This document shows, piece by piece, positions 55,297 through 64,000 of a stretch of 64,000 nucleotides of DNA. Position numbers and translations under genes: made by a program. Within the stretch, counting starts at the first letter, position 1. Each line of letters begins with the position of its first letter. Source of the stretch: Candidatus Nomurabacteria bacterium (lineage in GTDB: Bacteria > Patescibacteriota > Minisyncoccia > Phycocordibacterales > UBA9973); contig JAHFNS010000001.1 in NCBI GenBank assembly GCA_023267215.1, positions 174,710 through 238,709 of the forward strand, read 5' to 3'. The notes under the pieces were generated by a model. It did no database searches. It had not been told where the DNA came from and saw only the letters and a program-made list of their open reading frames with translations.

Positions 55297-55725
55297 TTGA
55301 ACAAAATAAAAGTATTACTCGTGGAAGATTCAAAGGAATTACAATGCGTTCTTTTTAATCTTCTAAAAGAAAATGGCTTCGACTATATTTCATGTGCAGA
55401 CAACGGCAAAGAAGCCATTGAACTTTCTGAAATAGATGATTTTGATTTAATCATAATGGATATGCAAATGCCCGTTATAAATGGTTTTGAAGCATCTGAA
55501 AAGATTCGCAAAATGCTGGGTTATGGGAAAATTCCAATCTTCGCATTGCATTTTTATGACTCAGAAATAGACATAAAAATGTGTGTTGAAGCTGGAGCCA
55601 CAAAAGTCTTCAAAAAACCACTTAATCAAAAAGATTTAATTTTCAAAGTAAAAGAGTGTTTTCCAAAAGACGCTCCTAAAAAAATAGGGAAACGCCGTTA
55701 TACAAACAAAAAACCGTTTGCATAA
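55297..55725 (+). CDS. Stand-alone response-regulator receiver domain (CheY-like)
   Basis: 142 aa; VLLVEDS...DLIIMDMQMPVINGF with phospho-acceptor Asp and a conserved Lys. Confidence 0.75.
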   Translation: MNKIKVLLVEDSKELQCVLFNLLKENGFDYISCADNGKEAIELSEIDDFDLIIMDMQMPVINGFEASEKIRKMLGYGKIPIFALHFYDSEIDIKMCVEAGATKVFKKPLNQKDLIFKVKECFPKDAPKKIGKRRYTNKKPFA

Positions 55726-55741
55726 CGGCTTTTTGTTTTTT
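55695..55741. terminator. Hairpin (CCGTT-TGCAT-AACGG inside GCCGTTAT...ATAACGGC) plus T-run, overlapping the receiver-gene stop
   Basis: Stem-loop followed by CTTTTTGTTTTTT. Confidence 0.5.
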
Positions 55742-58427
55742 ATACTCTGCTTTTTGATTTTAGATGGATTGGACTTTTAACTCTCGATTTTTTAGTTTCA
55801 ATAAGAAGCTCGTCGTTTTTGACGGAAACAAATACAGTGTCCCCTTTCTTCACATTATTAGAGATTATGAAATTTGCCACAGGGTTTAAGATTTTATTTT
55901 GTATCAAGCGATTGAGTGGTCTTGCACCATAGTGTGGATCGTATCCTTCTTTTGCTAGGAAAGACAATGCTTCTTCAGAAACCTTAAAATCAATCTCTTT
56001 TGCGAGGAGTCTTTCTTTCACAACTTTCATTCTCAAATCAACGATGCCTTTGATAGCTTCTTCTGAAAGAATATCAAAAACAATAATCTCATCCAGACGA
56101 TTTATAAATTCTGGTCGAAAATGATCCTTCATTGCTTCCATTACTTTATCTTTCATATTACTATAATCTTCTTTGTCGGATTTATTTGAAAATCCAATTG
56201 ATTCCATTTTTTCTATAAACTGTGAGCCAATATTGGAAGTCAAAATAATAATGGCATTTTTGAAATTAACTACTCTCCCTTTACCATCCGTCAATCTTCC
56301 TTCATCAATAACCTGTAATAACATATTGAAAACTTCCGGATGAGCTTTTTCTATCTCGTCAAAAAGTATTACGGAAAATGGACGATGACGAATAGATTCA
56401 GTGAGTTGTCCTGCTTCATCATAGCCAACATATCCTGGAGGAGAACCGATAAGTTTAGAAATAGAATGTTTTTCCATATATTCAGACATATCAACACGAA
56501 TGAGAGAGCTGTCGTCGTTAAACATAAATTGTGCCAAAGCCTTAGTAAGTTCTGTTTTACCGACTCCTGTTGGCCCTAGGAAAATAAAGGAGCCATTAGG
56601 TCTATTCGGGTCTCCAATACCTGCACGTGAACGACGAATGACATCTGAGACACGCTTAATAGCTTCATCTTGACCGACTACTCTCTTCTTCAATTCTTCT
56701 TCCATTCTTTGTAATTTTGCACGATCTTCTTCAAGCATTTTTGTAAGTGGAATACCCGTCCAACGTGCAACGACTTCAGCAATATCTTCAGTAGTCACTT
56801 CTTCTTTCAAGATTCTGCGTAACTTTTGAAGTTTTTGTAAACGCGTAAGTTTTATTTCTAACTCTTTTTTCAAAATAGGTATTTTACCATAACGGATTTC
56901 AGCAGCTTTAGATAAATCAGATCTCATTTCTGCATCTTCAGCTAAAAGACGCAAGACATCCAATTCTTTTTTGATAGAACGAATCTCAACAACTGTTTCT
57001 TTTTCGTTTTGCCATTTTAACTCAAGTTCTTTTGTTTTTTCGTGTAAATTGGCAATCTCTTTATCTATTTCTTTTATTCTTAACTTATTTTTTGTATCTT
57101 TAATATTTTTTGTATCATTTTCAATTTCTGTTTTTAATGCTTCTTTTTCAATTTCTAGACGCATAATTCTTCGATGAGCATCTTCTAAAACAGGAGGCTT
57201 ATTTTCAAGTGCAATTTTTAAAGAAGAAGAAGCTTCATCTATAAGATCAACAGCTTTATCTGGTAAAAATCTATTTGTCACATAACGAGTCGAAAGATTT
57301 ACTGCAGAAATTATTGCATCATCGGTAATTCTCACACCGTGGAAAAGTTCATATTTCTCTTTAAGGCCACGCAGAATAGTGATGGCATCATCCACACTCG
57401 GTTCATCGATATAAACTGGTTGGAAACGTCTGGCAAGTGCTGGATCTTTTTCAATATGTTTTTGATATTCTTTCAAAGTCGTCGCGCCAACAGCTCGAAG
57501 CTCTCCACGAGAAAGCGCAGGCTTCAACATATTTGAGGCATCCATTGTGCCCTCTCCGCCACCAGCCCCAACGATAGTGTGAATTTCGTCAATAAAAAGA
57601 ATTATTTTACCATCTGCTCTTTCTATTTCTTTCATTATCCCTTTTAATCTTTCTTCAAATTCTCCACGATATTTTGTGCCAGCAATAAGAGAACCTAAAT
57701 CAAGCGAAACAAGTTCTTTTTCTTTTAAAGATTCAGGCACGTTACCTTTAGCAATACGTTCTGCCAAACCTTCGACTACAGCTGTTTTTCCTGTACCTGC
57801 TTCTCCGATTAAAATTGGATTATTTTTCGTTCGACGCGAAAGAATTTGTATAATTCGCATTATTTCATTATCTCTTCCTATCACAGGATCCAACTTATCT
57901 TCTTTGGCTAATTTTGTAAGATTGCGGGTATATTTCAAAATTAATTTAAATTTTTTAGGCTCTCCAGCATCTGTAATATTTTGATTGCGGAGTTCTTCTA
58001 GCACTTTCAAAACAGGCTCTTTTAAAATTCGAAATCGTGCCAATACTTCTTTCGCCTCACCACCAACTTCGAGCATAGCAATAAAAAGATGTTCAGTAGA
58101 AACAAAATCATCTTTCATATATTCTGCTAGTTTTACAGAATGTTCTATCACCTGTGCTAAATCAGGATTGAGATAAATTTGATATGCAGGTGAAAGAGTA
58201 CTACGAGATTCTGGTGTTTCGATAGATTCTAAAATAGAGTCAGTTAAAAATACTATATCCACTTCCAATTTATCTAAAATAGAATTAACCATGCTTTCTT
58301 CCTGAAGCAAAAGAGCAGCTAGTAAATGCAAAGAAGAGACATGATTTTGTCCACGTTCAATAGCTAGCTCATGAGCTTTTTTGATTGCGTCTTTTGATTT
58401 AGTTGTGAATTTATTAAGTGGTGGCAT
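55740..58427 (-). CDS. clpB: Chaperone ClpB (AAA+ disaggregase)
   Basis: 895 aa; Clp_N, two AAA+ modules (GEAGTGKTA and GPTGVGKTE Walker A), long coiled-coil M domain. Confidence 0.9.
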   Translation of the reverse strand: MPPLNKFTTKSKDAIKKAHELAIERGQNHVSSLHLLAALLLQEESMVNSILDKLEVDIVFLTDSILESIETPESRSTLSPAYQIYLNPDLAQVIEHSVKLAEYMKDDFVSTEHLFIAMLEVGGEAKEVLARFRILKEPVLKVLEELRNQNITDAGEPKKFKLILKYTRNLTKLAKEDKLDPVIGRDNEIMRIIQILSRRTKNNPILIGEAGTGKTAVVEGLAERIAKGNVPESLKEKELVSLDLGSLIAGTKYRGEFEERLKGIMKEIERADGKIILFIDEIHTIVGAGGGEGTMDASNMLKPALSRGELRAVGATTLKEYQKHIEKDPALARRFQPVYIDEPSVDDAITILRGLKEKYELFHGVRITDDAIISAVNLSTRYVTNRFLPDKAVDLIDEASSSLKIALENKPPVLEDAHRRIMRLEIEKEALKTEIENDTKNIKDTKNKLRIKEIDKEIANLHEKTKELELKWQNEKETVVEIRSIKKELDVLRLLAEDAEMRSDLSKAAEIRYGKIPILKKELEIKLTRLQKLQKLRRILKEEVTTEDIAEVVARWTGIPLTKMLEEDRAKLQRMEEELKKRVVGQDEAIKRVSDVIRRSRAGIGDPNRPNGSFIFLGPTGVGKTELTKALAQFMFNDDSSLIRVDMSEYMEKHSISKLIGSPPGYVGYDEAGQLTESIRHRPFSVILFDEIEKAHPEVFNMLLQVIDEGRLTDGKGRVVNFKNAIIILTSNIGSQFIEKMESIGFSNKSDKEDYSNMKDKVMEAMKDHFRPEFINRLDEIIVFDILSEEAIKGIVDLRMKVVKERLLAKEIDFKVSEEALSFLAKEGYDPHYGARPLNRLIQNKILNPVANFIISNNVKKGDTVFVSVKNDELLIETKKSRVKSPIHLKSKSRV

Positions 58428-58493
58428 ACGTAATAGTTATAAAGTTAAAAGTTTATAAAGTAGAAAGTTAAATAGAGAAGCTAGAAAATAATT

Positions 58494-59273
58494 TTATGGC
58501 GTGGTTTTTGTTTCTGGTTTAGAATCTTTTGTTTTTAGTGCTTCAAGTATTGAATTAATTGGGGTAAAAGAAGTGACGTCACCTGATAATGCTATACCTA
58601 AAATATCTCCATCTAAGTCAAGTACCAACCCGCCAGCATTTGCTTTTGTAACATTAAATCTCATATCTTTGTTTCCATCAAAAATAAAAGAAGATACTGT
58701 ACTACCAAAAACTAAAATTTTCTGGCCTATCTTCATTTTACTTAAATCTCCAAAGGTGGGTAATGTGAAAGCAATTTTATTCTTTTCATCAAGAGGTGCT
58801 CCTACTTTTAAAAAAGAAAAACCATTTTTATCAAGAGAAACAAAACTTGCTTTAAATTTGCCACTATCATTTTTTACATAATATATTCCGACATCTGACA
58901 CAAGTGTACCGTCAGCCACAATAATGTCATCATTAGAAATCACAAAACCTCTCCCAGCCCCTACTTCAATAATTTTACCATCGACGTCTTGTGTTTCTTT
59001 AGTGATAGTGAAAACAGATGATTGATTTTTAGCAATTGCATCAACTACCAAATCTTCCTCTTTTATAACTACAGTCTGTACTGTATTTTTGATTTCACCT
59101 GGTACTATTTTTTCAACTGTCTGTCTAATAACACGATTTATGGGAGCAGTTACTGATGTCGGTGCTTGCTGCATTAAAGTCACTGTCGTAATACCTGTCG
59201 CAATAGAAGTGACAAAAGAAAGCAATATGGCAAGTAATATAAGCTGAGGTTTATTTAAATCTTTAATATCCAT
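58494..59273 (-). CDS. Trypsin-like (S1C/HtrA-like) peptidase-fold protein, probably catalytically inactive (Ser to Ala)
   Basis: 259 aa; N-terminal TM anchor; ANAGGLVLDLDGDILGIA aligns to the HtrA GNSGGPLvNxxGevIGIN block with the nucleophile Ser replaced by Ala. Confidence 0.5.
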   Translation of the reverse strand: MDIKDLNKPQLILLAILLSFVTSIATGITTVTLMQQAPTSVTAPINRVIRQTVEKIVPGEIKNTVQTVVIKEEDLVVDAIAKNQSSVFTITKETQDVDGKIIEVGAGRGFVISNDDIIVADGTLVSDVGIYYVKNDSGKFKASFVSLDKNGFSFLKVGAPLDEKNKIAFTLPTFGDLSKMKIGQKILVFGSTVSSFIFDGNKDMRFNVTKANAGGLVLDLDGDILGIALSGDVTSFTPINSILEALKTKDSKPETKTTP

Positions 59274-59276
59274 ACG

Positions 59277-60521
59277 TCAATTATACCATTTTTTTAATTT
59301 TTGCAAAATCTGAGATAAGGCTTTAATTGTGTAATCTATATCAGATTTAGTTGTCTTAACTCCTAGAGAAAAACGTAAACCACCTATTTCAGTATTCTGT
59401 TCTGGACGGATAGCGTCTATAACATACGAACCTTCTTTACGAGAGCTTTCACAAGCACTTTTTGCTGAAGCCATTATTCCCTTCGCTGAAAGTTCTATCA
59501 CCAGAAGTTCACTCGGGATTTTTGGAAAAGTAATATTTATATTATTTGGTAATCTATTTTCTAAATCTCCGTTAATAATCATCCCCGTGTCAAGGGGCAT
59601 CCTTGACAGTTTATTAACAAAATAATCTCGCAAAATTGTTAAACGTTTATTTTCTTTTTCTTTATTTTTTTGTACAGATTTTAAAGCAGAAGAAAATTTA
59701 ATAATTGCTGGTAAATTCTCTGTCCCCGGACGCAAACCATTTTCTTGATCTCCCCCACCAAACATTGGCGAAAGCGGCACAGTTTTTCTCTTATAAAGCA
59801 CCCCGACCCTCCCTGACCCTTCTATTTTAGAACCAGAAATTGAAAGCAAGTCAACTCCCAATTTTTCTACATTTAAATCTAAATAATTTACTGCTTGCAC
59901 AGCGTCTATGTGAAATAGAGGAAAGGAAAACTCGTCAAAAATCTTTTTTCCAGGTCCTCGGTTCTCGGGGTCCCCTACCCCCGCCAGACCATGTAAAAAA
60001 GTTTTTTGCCGAGTTTTCCTGCAATACCTAATTTCTTTTGCAATTTCTTTTATAGGCTGAATAATACCAATTTCATTATTCGCATACATTACTGAAATAA
60101 GTACAGTATTTTTCTTTATTTCTTTTTTTATTTTTTTAGGATCTATTATTCCATTTTTTTCAACTGACACTATCGATATTTCTGCAAATTTCCTTTTCTC
60201 TAACATTCTAAAAGTTTCGAGCACTGAAGGATGTTCTATGTTGGTGGTGATGATATGTGGCTTAGTGAAGGCCTTTCTTTCGCCTAAAAGCGAAGGAAAG
60301 ACTTTCGCTAATACGACTCCCTGAATCGCAAGATTGTTTGATTCTGTTCCTCCACTTGTAAAAATTATTTCTTCAGATCGACAATTCAAACTATTAGCGA
60401 CCTCCTTTCTCGCATTTTCAAGCCTTTTTTTAGCTTCTACTCCTTCTCTATGTACAGAACTAGAATTAGCAGAGAACCCTGCTGCATAATCTATGTATAT
60501 ATTTTTATTTGATTTAGCCAT
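59277..60521 (-). CDS. Cysteine desulfurase (class V aminotransferase, IscS/NifS-like)
   Basis: 414 aa; PLP-fold IIFTSGGTESNN, HIDAVQAV, SGSKIEG (Lys) motifs; contains a GC-rich in-frame insertion at 59951..59990. Confidence 0.8.
   Translation of the reverse strand: MAKSNKNIYIDYAAGFSANSSSVHREGVEAKKRLENARKEVANSLNCRSEEIIFTSGGTESNNLAIQGVVLAKVFPSLLGERKAFTKPHIITTNIEHPSVLETFRMLEKRKFAEISIVSVEKNGIIDPKKIKKEIKKNTVLISVMYANNEIGIIQPIKEIAKEIRYCRKTRQKTFLHGLAGVGDPENRGPGKKIFDEFSFPLFHIDAVQAVNYLDLNVEKLGVDLLSISGSKIEGSGRVGVLYKRKTVPLSPMFGGGDQENGLRPGTENLPAIIKFSSALKSVQKNKEKENKRLTILRDYFVNKLSRMPLDTGMIINGDLENRLPNNINITFPKIPSELLVIELSAKGIMASAKSACESSRKEGSYVIDAIRPEQNTEIGGLRFSLGVKTTKSDIDYTIKALSQILQKLKKWYN
59951..59990. repeat. 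GC-rich insertion inside the cysteine desulfurase CDS, in frame
   Basis: CAGGTCCTCGGTTCTCGGGGTCCCCTACCCCCGCCAGACC encodes GLAGVGDPENRGPG just before the conserved HIDAVQAV block. Confidence 0.45.
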
Positions 60522-60545
60522 TTAAATAGTATATATTGAAACAAT

Positions 60546-61016
60546 ATGAATATAAAGCTTGAAATCATTTTTTTTGTTTTTCTTGGGATAATTATTTTAA
60601 TCGATGCTATTTGGATATTCAGGACAGAAAAACGTCTAAGGAAGTTTTTTGCTGGTAAAAAAGCTAAGGACCTAGAAGAAAACATAGAAGTATTAGAAGA
60701 AAATATTTTAAAATTAAAATTAGCTAAAGAAGAAATAGAAAAAGAGTTAAAAAATATAAATACAAAATTAAGAAAAAGTATAAGAGGTCTTGAAACAATT
60801 CGTTTCAATCCTTTTCCAGACCAAGGCAGTAATCAAAGTTTCGCTATAGGAATCATGAATGAAGATGGTGATGGAGTAGTACTTTCTAGTTTATATTCTC
60901 GAGAAAGAATGAGTATATTTGCCAAATCTATTAAAAATGGTAAATCAGAATACGAACTTACTAAAGAAGAAAAAGAGGTTTTAAAAAAAGCAGAAGTAGA
61001 GCACAAAGCTTTATAA
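60546..61016 (+). CDS. Hypothetical protein: N-terminal TM segment plus coiled coil
   Basis: 156 aa. Confidence 0.5.
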   Translation: MNIKLEIIFFVFLGIIILIDAIWIFRTEKRLRKFFAGKKAKDLEENIEVLEENILKLKLAKEEIEKELKNINTKLRKSIRGLETIRFNPFPDQGSNQSFAIGIMNEDGDGVVLSSLYSRERMSIFAKSIKNGKSEYELTKEEKEVLKKAEVEHKAL

Positions 61017-61037
61017 ATTTTGTATTAACAAAATAAA

Positions 61038-62549
61038 ATGGAAGAAAACAAAAACAATATAATAACTAGACCACCAATAGTGGTAGTGATGGGACACATT
61101 GATCATGGTAAATCAACGCTTCTTGACTATATAAGAAAAACAAATGTAGTTGATAAAGAAGTTGGAGGTATTACTCAAAATATTTCTGCTTACGAAGTTA
61201 TGCATTTGACAGATAAAGGAGAAAATCGAAAAATTACTTTTATTGATACACCAGGACATGAGTCATTTTCAAAAATGCGTGAACGAGGATGTCAAATAGC
61301 TGATGTTGCTATCTTAATAGTTTCTGCTGAAGATGGAGTAAAACCTCAAACGATAGAAGCTTGGAAAACAATAGTTGCTAATAATATTCCCTGCTTGATT
61401 GCAATAAATAAAATAGATAAACCAAATGCAAATATAGAAAAGACTAAAAACGAACTTGCAGAAAACGAAATTTATTTGGAAAATTATGGAGGGAAAATTC
61501 CATTTGTAGAGATTTCTGCAAAAACTGGCGTAGGAATAGATGATTTATTATCTTTAGTAAATATTGTAGCGGAAATGGAAAATTTTACTGGCAATACGAA
61601 TGAAAACGCTTCTGGTTTTGTATTAGAAGCAAATCTTGATTCAAAACGTGGAATAGAGGCAACTCTCATAATTAAAAATGGAACTCTTTCCAAGGGAATG
61701 GTAGTGATAGTAGAAGATAGTATGTGTTCTGTACATATTATGGAAGATTTTAAAGGAAAAAATATAAATGAAGCAACTTTCTCTTCTCCTGTTCGACTTA
61801 TTGGTTTCTGTAAAATTCCCAGGATAGGTGCAGAATTTAAATCTTTCAAAAACAAAAAGGAAGCAGAAAAATTTTCAGAATCTTTAAAGTCTGATTTAAA
61901 ATCTTCAAAAAGATCCAACCTTTGTCCACCAGAAGAAAATGGTAAAAAAATTATTCCAATTATTTTAAAAGCAGATATATCTGGCTCAATAGAGGCAATA
62001 GAAAAAGAAATAAAAAAGATACAAAACGAAAACACTGAATTTAGAATCATCCAAAAAGGTGTCGGACCCATTGGGGAGTCAGATATTAAAACCATAGGTG
62101 GTTGTGAAAATATATTGGTTATCGGATTCAATGTAAAAATAGAAAAAAGTGCTATTGAATTGGCAGAAAAACGCAGTATTACTATCTCCTCTTTTGATAT
62201 TATTTACAAAATGACTGAATGGCTAGAAATGGAAATGGAAAACCGAAGATCTAAAATAGAAACCATAGAAACAACTGGCAAAACTAAAATTCTGAAAGTC
62301 TTTAGTCATACTAAAGAGCGTCAAATAGTCGGTGGTAAAGTATTACAAGGAAGAATAGTCTTAGATAAAACGGTAAAGATCTTGCGTCGAGATTTTGAAA
62401 TAGGTCGTGGAAAAATAGTAAATTTAGAAAAAAACAAAACAAAAGTAAAAGAAGTTGAAGAAGGTGCAGAATTTGGAATGATGCTTGAATCGAAAATAGA
62501 AGTTGTCGAAGGTGACATAATAGAATCTTTTAATATTACCCAAAAATAA
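61038..62549 (+). CDS. infB: Translation initiation factor IF-2 (short form)
   Basis: 503 aa; G domain VVVMGHIDHGKSTLLD, DTPGHESF, NKID; beta-barrel and C2 domains. Confidence 0.9.
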   Translation: MEENKNNIITRPPIVVVMGHIDHGKSTLLDYIRKTNVVDKEVGGITQNISAYEVMHLTDKGENRKITFIDTPGHESFSKMRERGCQIADVAILIVSAEDGVKPQTIEAWKTIVANNIPCLIAINKIDKPNANIEKTKNELAENEIYLENYGGKIPFVEISAKTGVGIDDLLSLVNIVAEMENFTGNTNENASGFVLEANLDSKRGIEATLIIKNGTLSKGMVVIVEDSMCSVHIMEDFKGKNINEATFSSPVRLIGFCKIPRIGAEFKSFKNKKEAEKFSESLKSDLKSSKRSNLCPPEENGKKIIPIILKADISGSIEAIEKEIKKIQNENTEFRIIQKGVGPIGESDIKTIGGCENILVIGFNVKIEKSAIELAEKRSITISSFDIIYKMTEWLEMEMENRRSKIETIETTGKTKILKVFSHTKERQIVGGKVLQGRIVLDKTVKILRRDFEIGRGKIVNLEKNKTKVKEVEEGAEFGMMLESKIEVVEGDIIESFNITQK

Positions 62550-62550
62550 G

Positions 62551-62874
62551 ATGCTTCAGAGAAATGAAAAAGTGGCAAATTTAATAAAGGAGTTGGGGGC
62601 TCAATTTCTAGAACGTGAAAATAACGGCACTTCTCTTATCACTGTCACTTCCTGCAACGTCTCCCCTGATCTTAAAAAAGCAACTCTCTTCATAACAGTT
62701 CTTCCTGACGAAAAAGAACATGATGCCTTAGACTTCGCTAAAAGAAGACGTGGAGATTTGAGAGATTATTTAAAAAAGAATATAGAAATAAAGACTATTC
62801 CTTTTATTGATATAAAAATAGATCAAGGAGAAAAAAATAGGCAAAAAATTGAAGAATTGCTTCGAGAAAAATAA
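62551..62874 (+). CDS. rbfA: Ribosome-binding factor A
   Basis: 107 aa; KH-like RbfA fold signature ITVTSCNVSPDLKKATLFITV; immediately follows infB. Confidence 0.8.
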   Translation: MLQRNEKVANLIKELGAQFLERENNGTSLITVTSCNVSPDLKKATLFITVLPDEKEHDALDFAKRRRGDLRDYLKKNIEIKTIPFIDIKIDQGEKNRQKIEELLREK

Positions 62875-62882
62875 TATTTTTG

Positions 62883-62964
62883 TGCCCGGAGTGGGAATCG
62901 AACCCACATCCCTTGCGAGACACGATTTTAAGTCGTGCGCGTATACCAGTTCCGCCATCCGGGC
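62883..62964 (-). tRNA. tRNA-Leu (anticodon TAA), no encoded CCA
   Basis: Manual fold: acceptor GCCCGGA/TCCGGGC, anticodon loop CTTAAAA, long variable arm, T-loop GGGTTCGATTCCC. Confidence 0.85.
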
Positions 62965-62980
62965 ATTTCTTTTCGTAGTG

Positions 62981-63052
62981 AGGCCTGGGGCGGAATTGAA
63001 CCGCCGTATAGAGATTTTGCAGATCTCTGCCTTACCACTTGGCTACCAGGCC
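62981..63052 (-). tRNA. tRNA-Cys (anticodon GCA)
   Basis: Manual fold: acceptor GGCCTGG/CCAGGCC, anticodon loop CTGCAAA, T-loop GGTTCAATTCC. Confidence 0.8.
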
Positions 63053-63124
63053 ATTAAGTTAATATAACATTTTTAAAAAAATTTTCAAAATAAAGAAAAT
63101 GTGTTAAACTTATATTGTTCTAAT

Positions 63125-63197
63125 CCGCCCTTAGCTCAGCTGGTAGAGCAGATCCCTCTTAAGGATAAGGTCGAAGGTTCGATCCCTTCAGGGCGGA
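63125..63197 (+). tRNA. tRNA-Lys (anticodon CTT) with an unusual C1-G72 first pair
   Basis: Manual fold: acceptor CCGCCCT/AGGGCGG, D arm GCTC-AGCTGGTA-GAGC, anticodon loop CTCTTAA, T arm GAAGG-TTCGATC-CCTTC. Confidence 0.75.
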
Positions 63198-63326
63198 CAA
63201 TTTAAAAAGTTTATGTTATAAAGTTTTTAAATTGTCCGAGACGGAGCATGACGGTGCGAGTCCGGGTCGGGGAAGTTTTTAGTAAAAAACTATTCCTGAC
63301 GACAAGTACAAATAGAGTTTATATAT

Positions 63327-63410
63327 GCCGGGGTGGCGAAATTGGCAGACGCACTTGCCTTAGGAGCAAGCGAGAGTAATCTCATGGGAGTTCAAGTCTC
63401 CCCTCCGGCA
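63327..63410 (+). tRNA. tRNA-Leu (anticodon TAG), no encoded CCA
   Basis: Manual fold: acceptor GCCGGGG/CTCCGGC, anticodon loop CTTAGGA, long variable arm, T-loop GAGTTCAAGTCTC. Confidence 0.85.
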
Positions 63411-63445
63411 CTTGACTTTTTATTTCAATATGCTATACTATTAGC

Positions 63446-64000
63446 ATGAGTAAAACAAACAACAAATTAATCTTTATTTCCGGTGTTTTTTCCTTTATTT
63501 TGGGGCTTTTATTGTCAGCTTCACCTGTTTATGCTCGTGGTGGTGTAGTAGAAAGTGGATTAACGTTTACTCCCTATAATTATCCTATACAATATTTATC
63601 AAATCCTGTACCTAATCAAACATCAATCCCTGGCTGTGAAGGAAGAAATACTGGTTTTAGTACAATAAATGGACAATCTTGTGTTGGAAATAATATAAAC
63701 AACACAAATAATGCTGATCAAAATACAAACACAACTTCTTCAAATATCACCAACACTACTACAAAAAATTCTAACACTACCACAGAGAATAATAATACTG
63801 TTTCAAAAATTACTGACACAAACAACACTATAGCCACTCTTGATTCTAATAGTAGTAATAAAGACACTTACGGTAGTCTTACAGCTAATGCTTTAATTGG
63901 CTCAAATAGTTTTATGCCTACTGGCTTATTGCAATGGATTATCTGTATAATCTTAATATTAGCAATAATCTTTTTGTGGAGATATGTTCATAATTCAAAA
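63446..64000 (+). CDS. 3'-partial Asn/Thr-rich secreted or surface protein (runs off the window end; not in the ORF track)
   Basis: Manual translation from ATG at 63446 gives MSKTNNKLIFISGVFSFILGLLLSASPVYARGG... with a signal-peptide-like N terminus, a CEGRNTGFSTINGQSCVG Cys pair, long N/T-rich low complexity and a C-terminal hydrophobic segment; no stop before 64000. Confidence 0.55.
   Translation, partial: MSKTNNKLIFISGVFSFILGLLLSASPVYARGGVVESGLTFTPYNYPIQYLSNPVPNQTSIPGCEGRNTGFSTINGQSCVGNNINNTNNADQNTNTTSSNITNTTTKNSNTTTENNNTVSKITDTNNTIATLDSNSSNKDTYGSLTANALIGSNSFMPTGLLQWIICIILILAIIFLWRYVHNSK

Noticed and set aside
62770-63067. ORFs 62770..62958 (-) and 62849..63067 (+)
   Set aside because: They overlap the tRNA-Leu(TAA) and tRNA-Cys genes. 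These are GC-rich tRNA sequence read as protein.
1-64000. CRISPR arrays, rRNA genes, IS elements/transposases, integrases, prophage
   Set aside because: I found no regularly spaced direct repeats, no rRNA-like GC-rich blocks beyond tRNAs, and no ORF with transposase or integrase motifs. The repeat families found are short palindromes without coding capacity.

Overview
This is a very AT-rich (~30% GC), gene-dense window with short genes and short intergenic spacers, consistent with a reduced-genome Patescibacteria/CPR-type chromosome. 

Most of it is recognisable housekeeping. I can support pepA, aspS, trpS with a TrpR-like regulator, dnaB, recR, rplU, cysS, metK, an agmatinase-family gene, alaS, mnmA, mltG, typA, clpB, a cysteine desulfurase, infB and rbfA. 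There is a ribosomal-protein/rpoA/infA cluster (rpsI, rplM, rplQ, rpoA, rpsD, rpsK, rpsM, rpmJ, infA). I also find five tRNAs with no encoded CCA: Tyr, Leu-TAA, Cys, Lys and Leu-TAG.

The standout feature is a family of seven paralogous ~570-aa cysteine-rich proteins, all on the minus strand. Each carries repeated CxxCxxCFGCxxL modules and related zinc-ribbon-like N and C termini. In one locus they are interleaved with two paralogous FtsK/HerA/VirD4-superfamily P-loop ATPases and a small SAM methyltransferase. These cassettes have been inserted between grpE, dnaK and a zinc-finger-less dnaJ, which otherwise keep their usual order. A seventh copy sits inside the ribosomal-protein/infA cluster.

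Several small repeat families are visible:
- GC-rich palindromic elements inserted in frame into coding sequences, reminiscent of Rickettsia RPEs.
- A CCTAAGC-N3/4-GCTTAGG palindrome family, sometimes carrying a DnaA-box-like TGTGGATAA.
- A duplicated ~85-nt intergenic element.

Other observations are a GC-rich structured leader/ncRNA candidate with an intrinsic terminator upstream of aspS, a perfect 32-bp palindrome beside the TrpR-like gene, and a wHTH + Cas2/VapD-like protein.

I found no CRISPR array, rRNA, transposase or obvious prophage.
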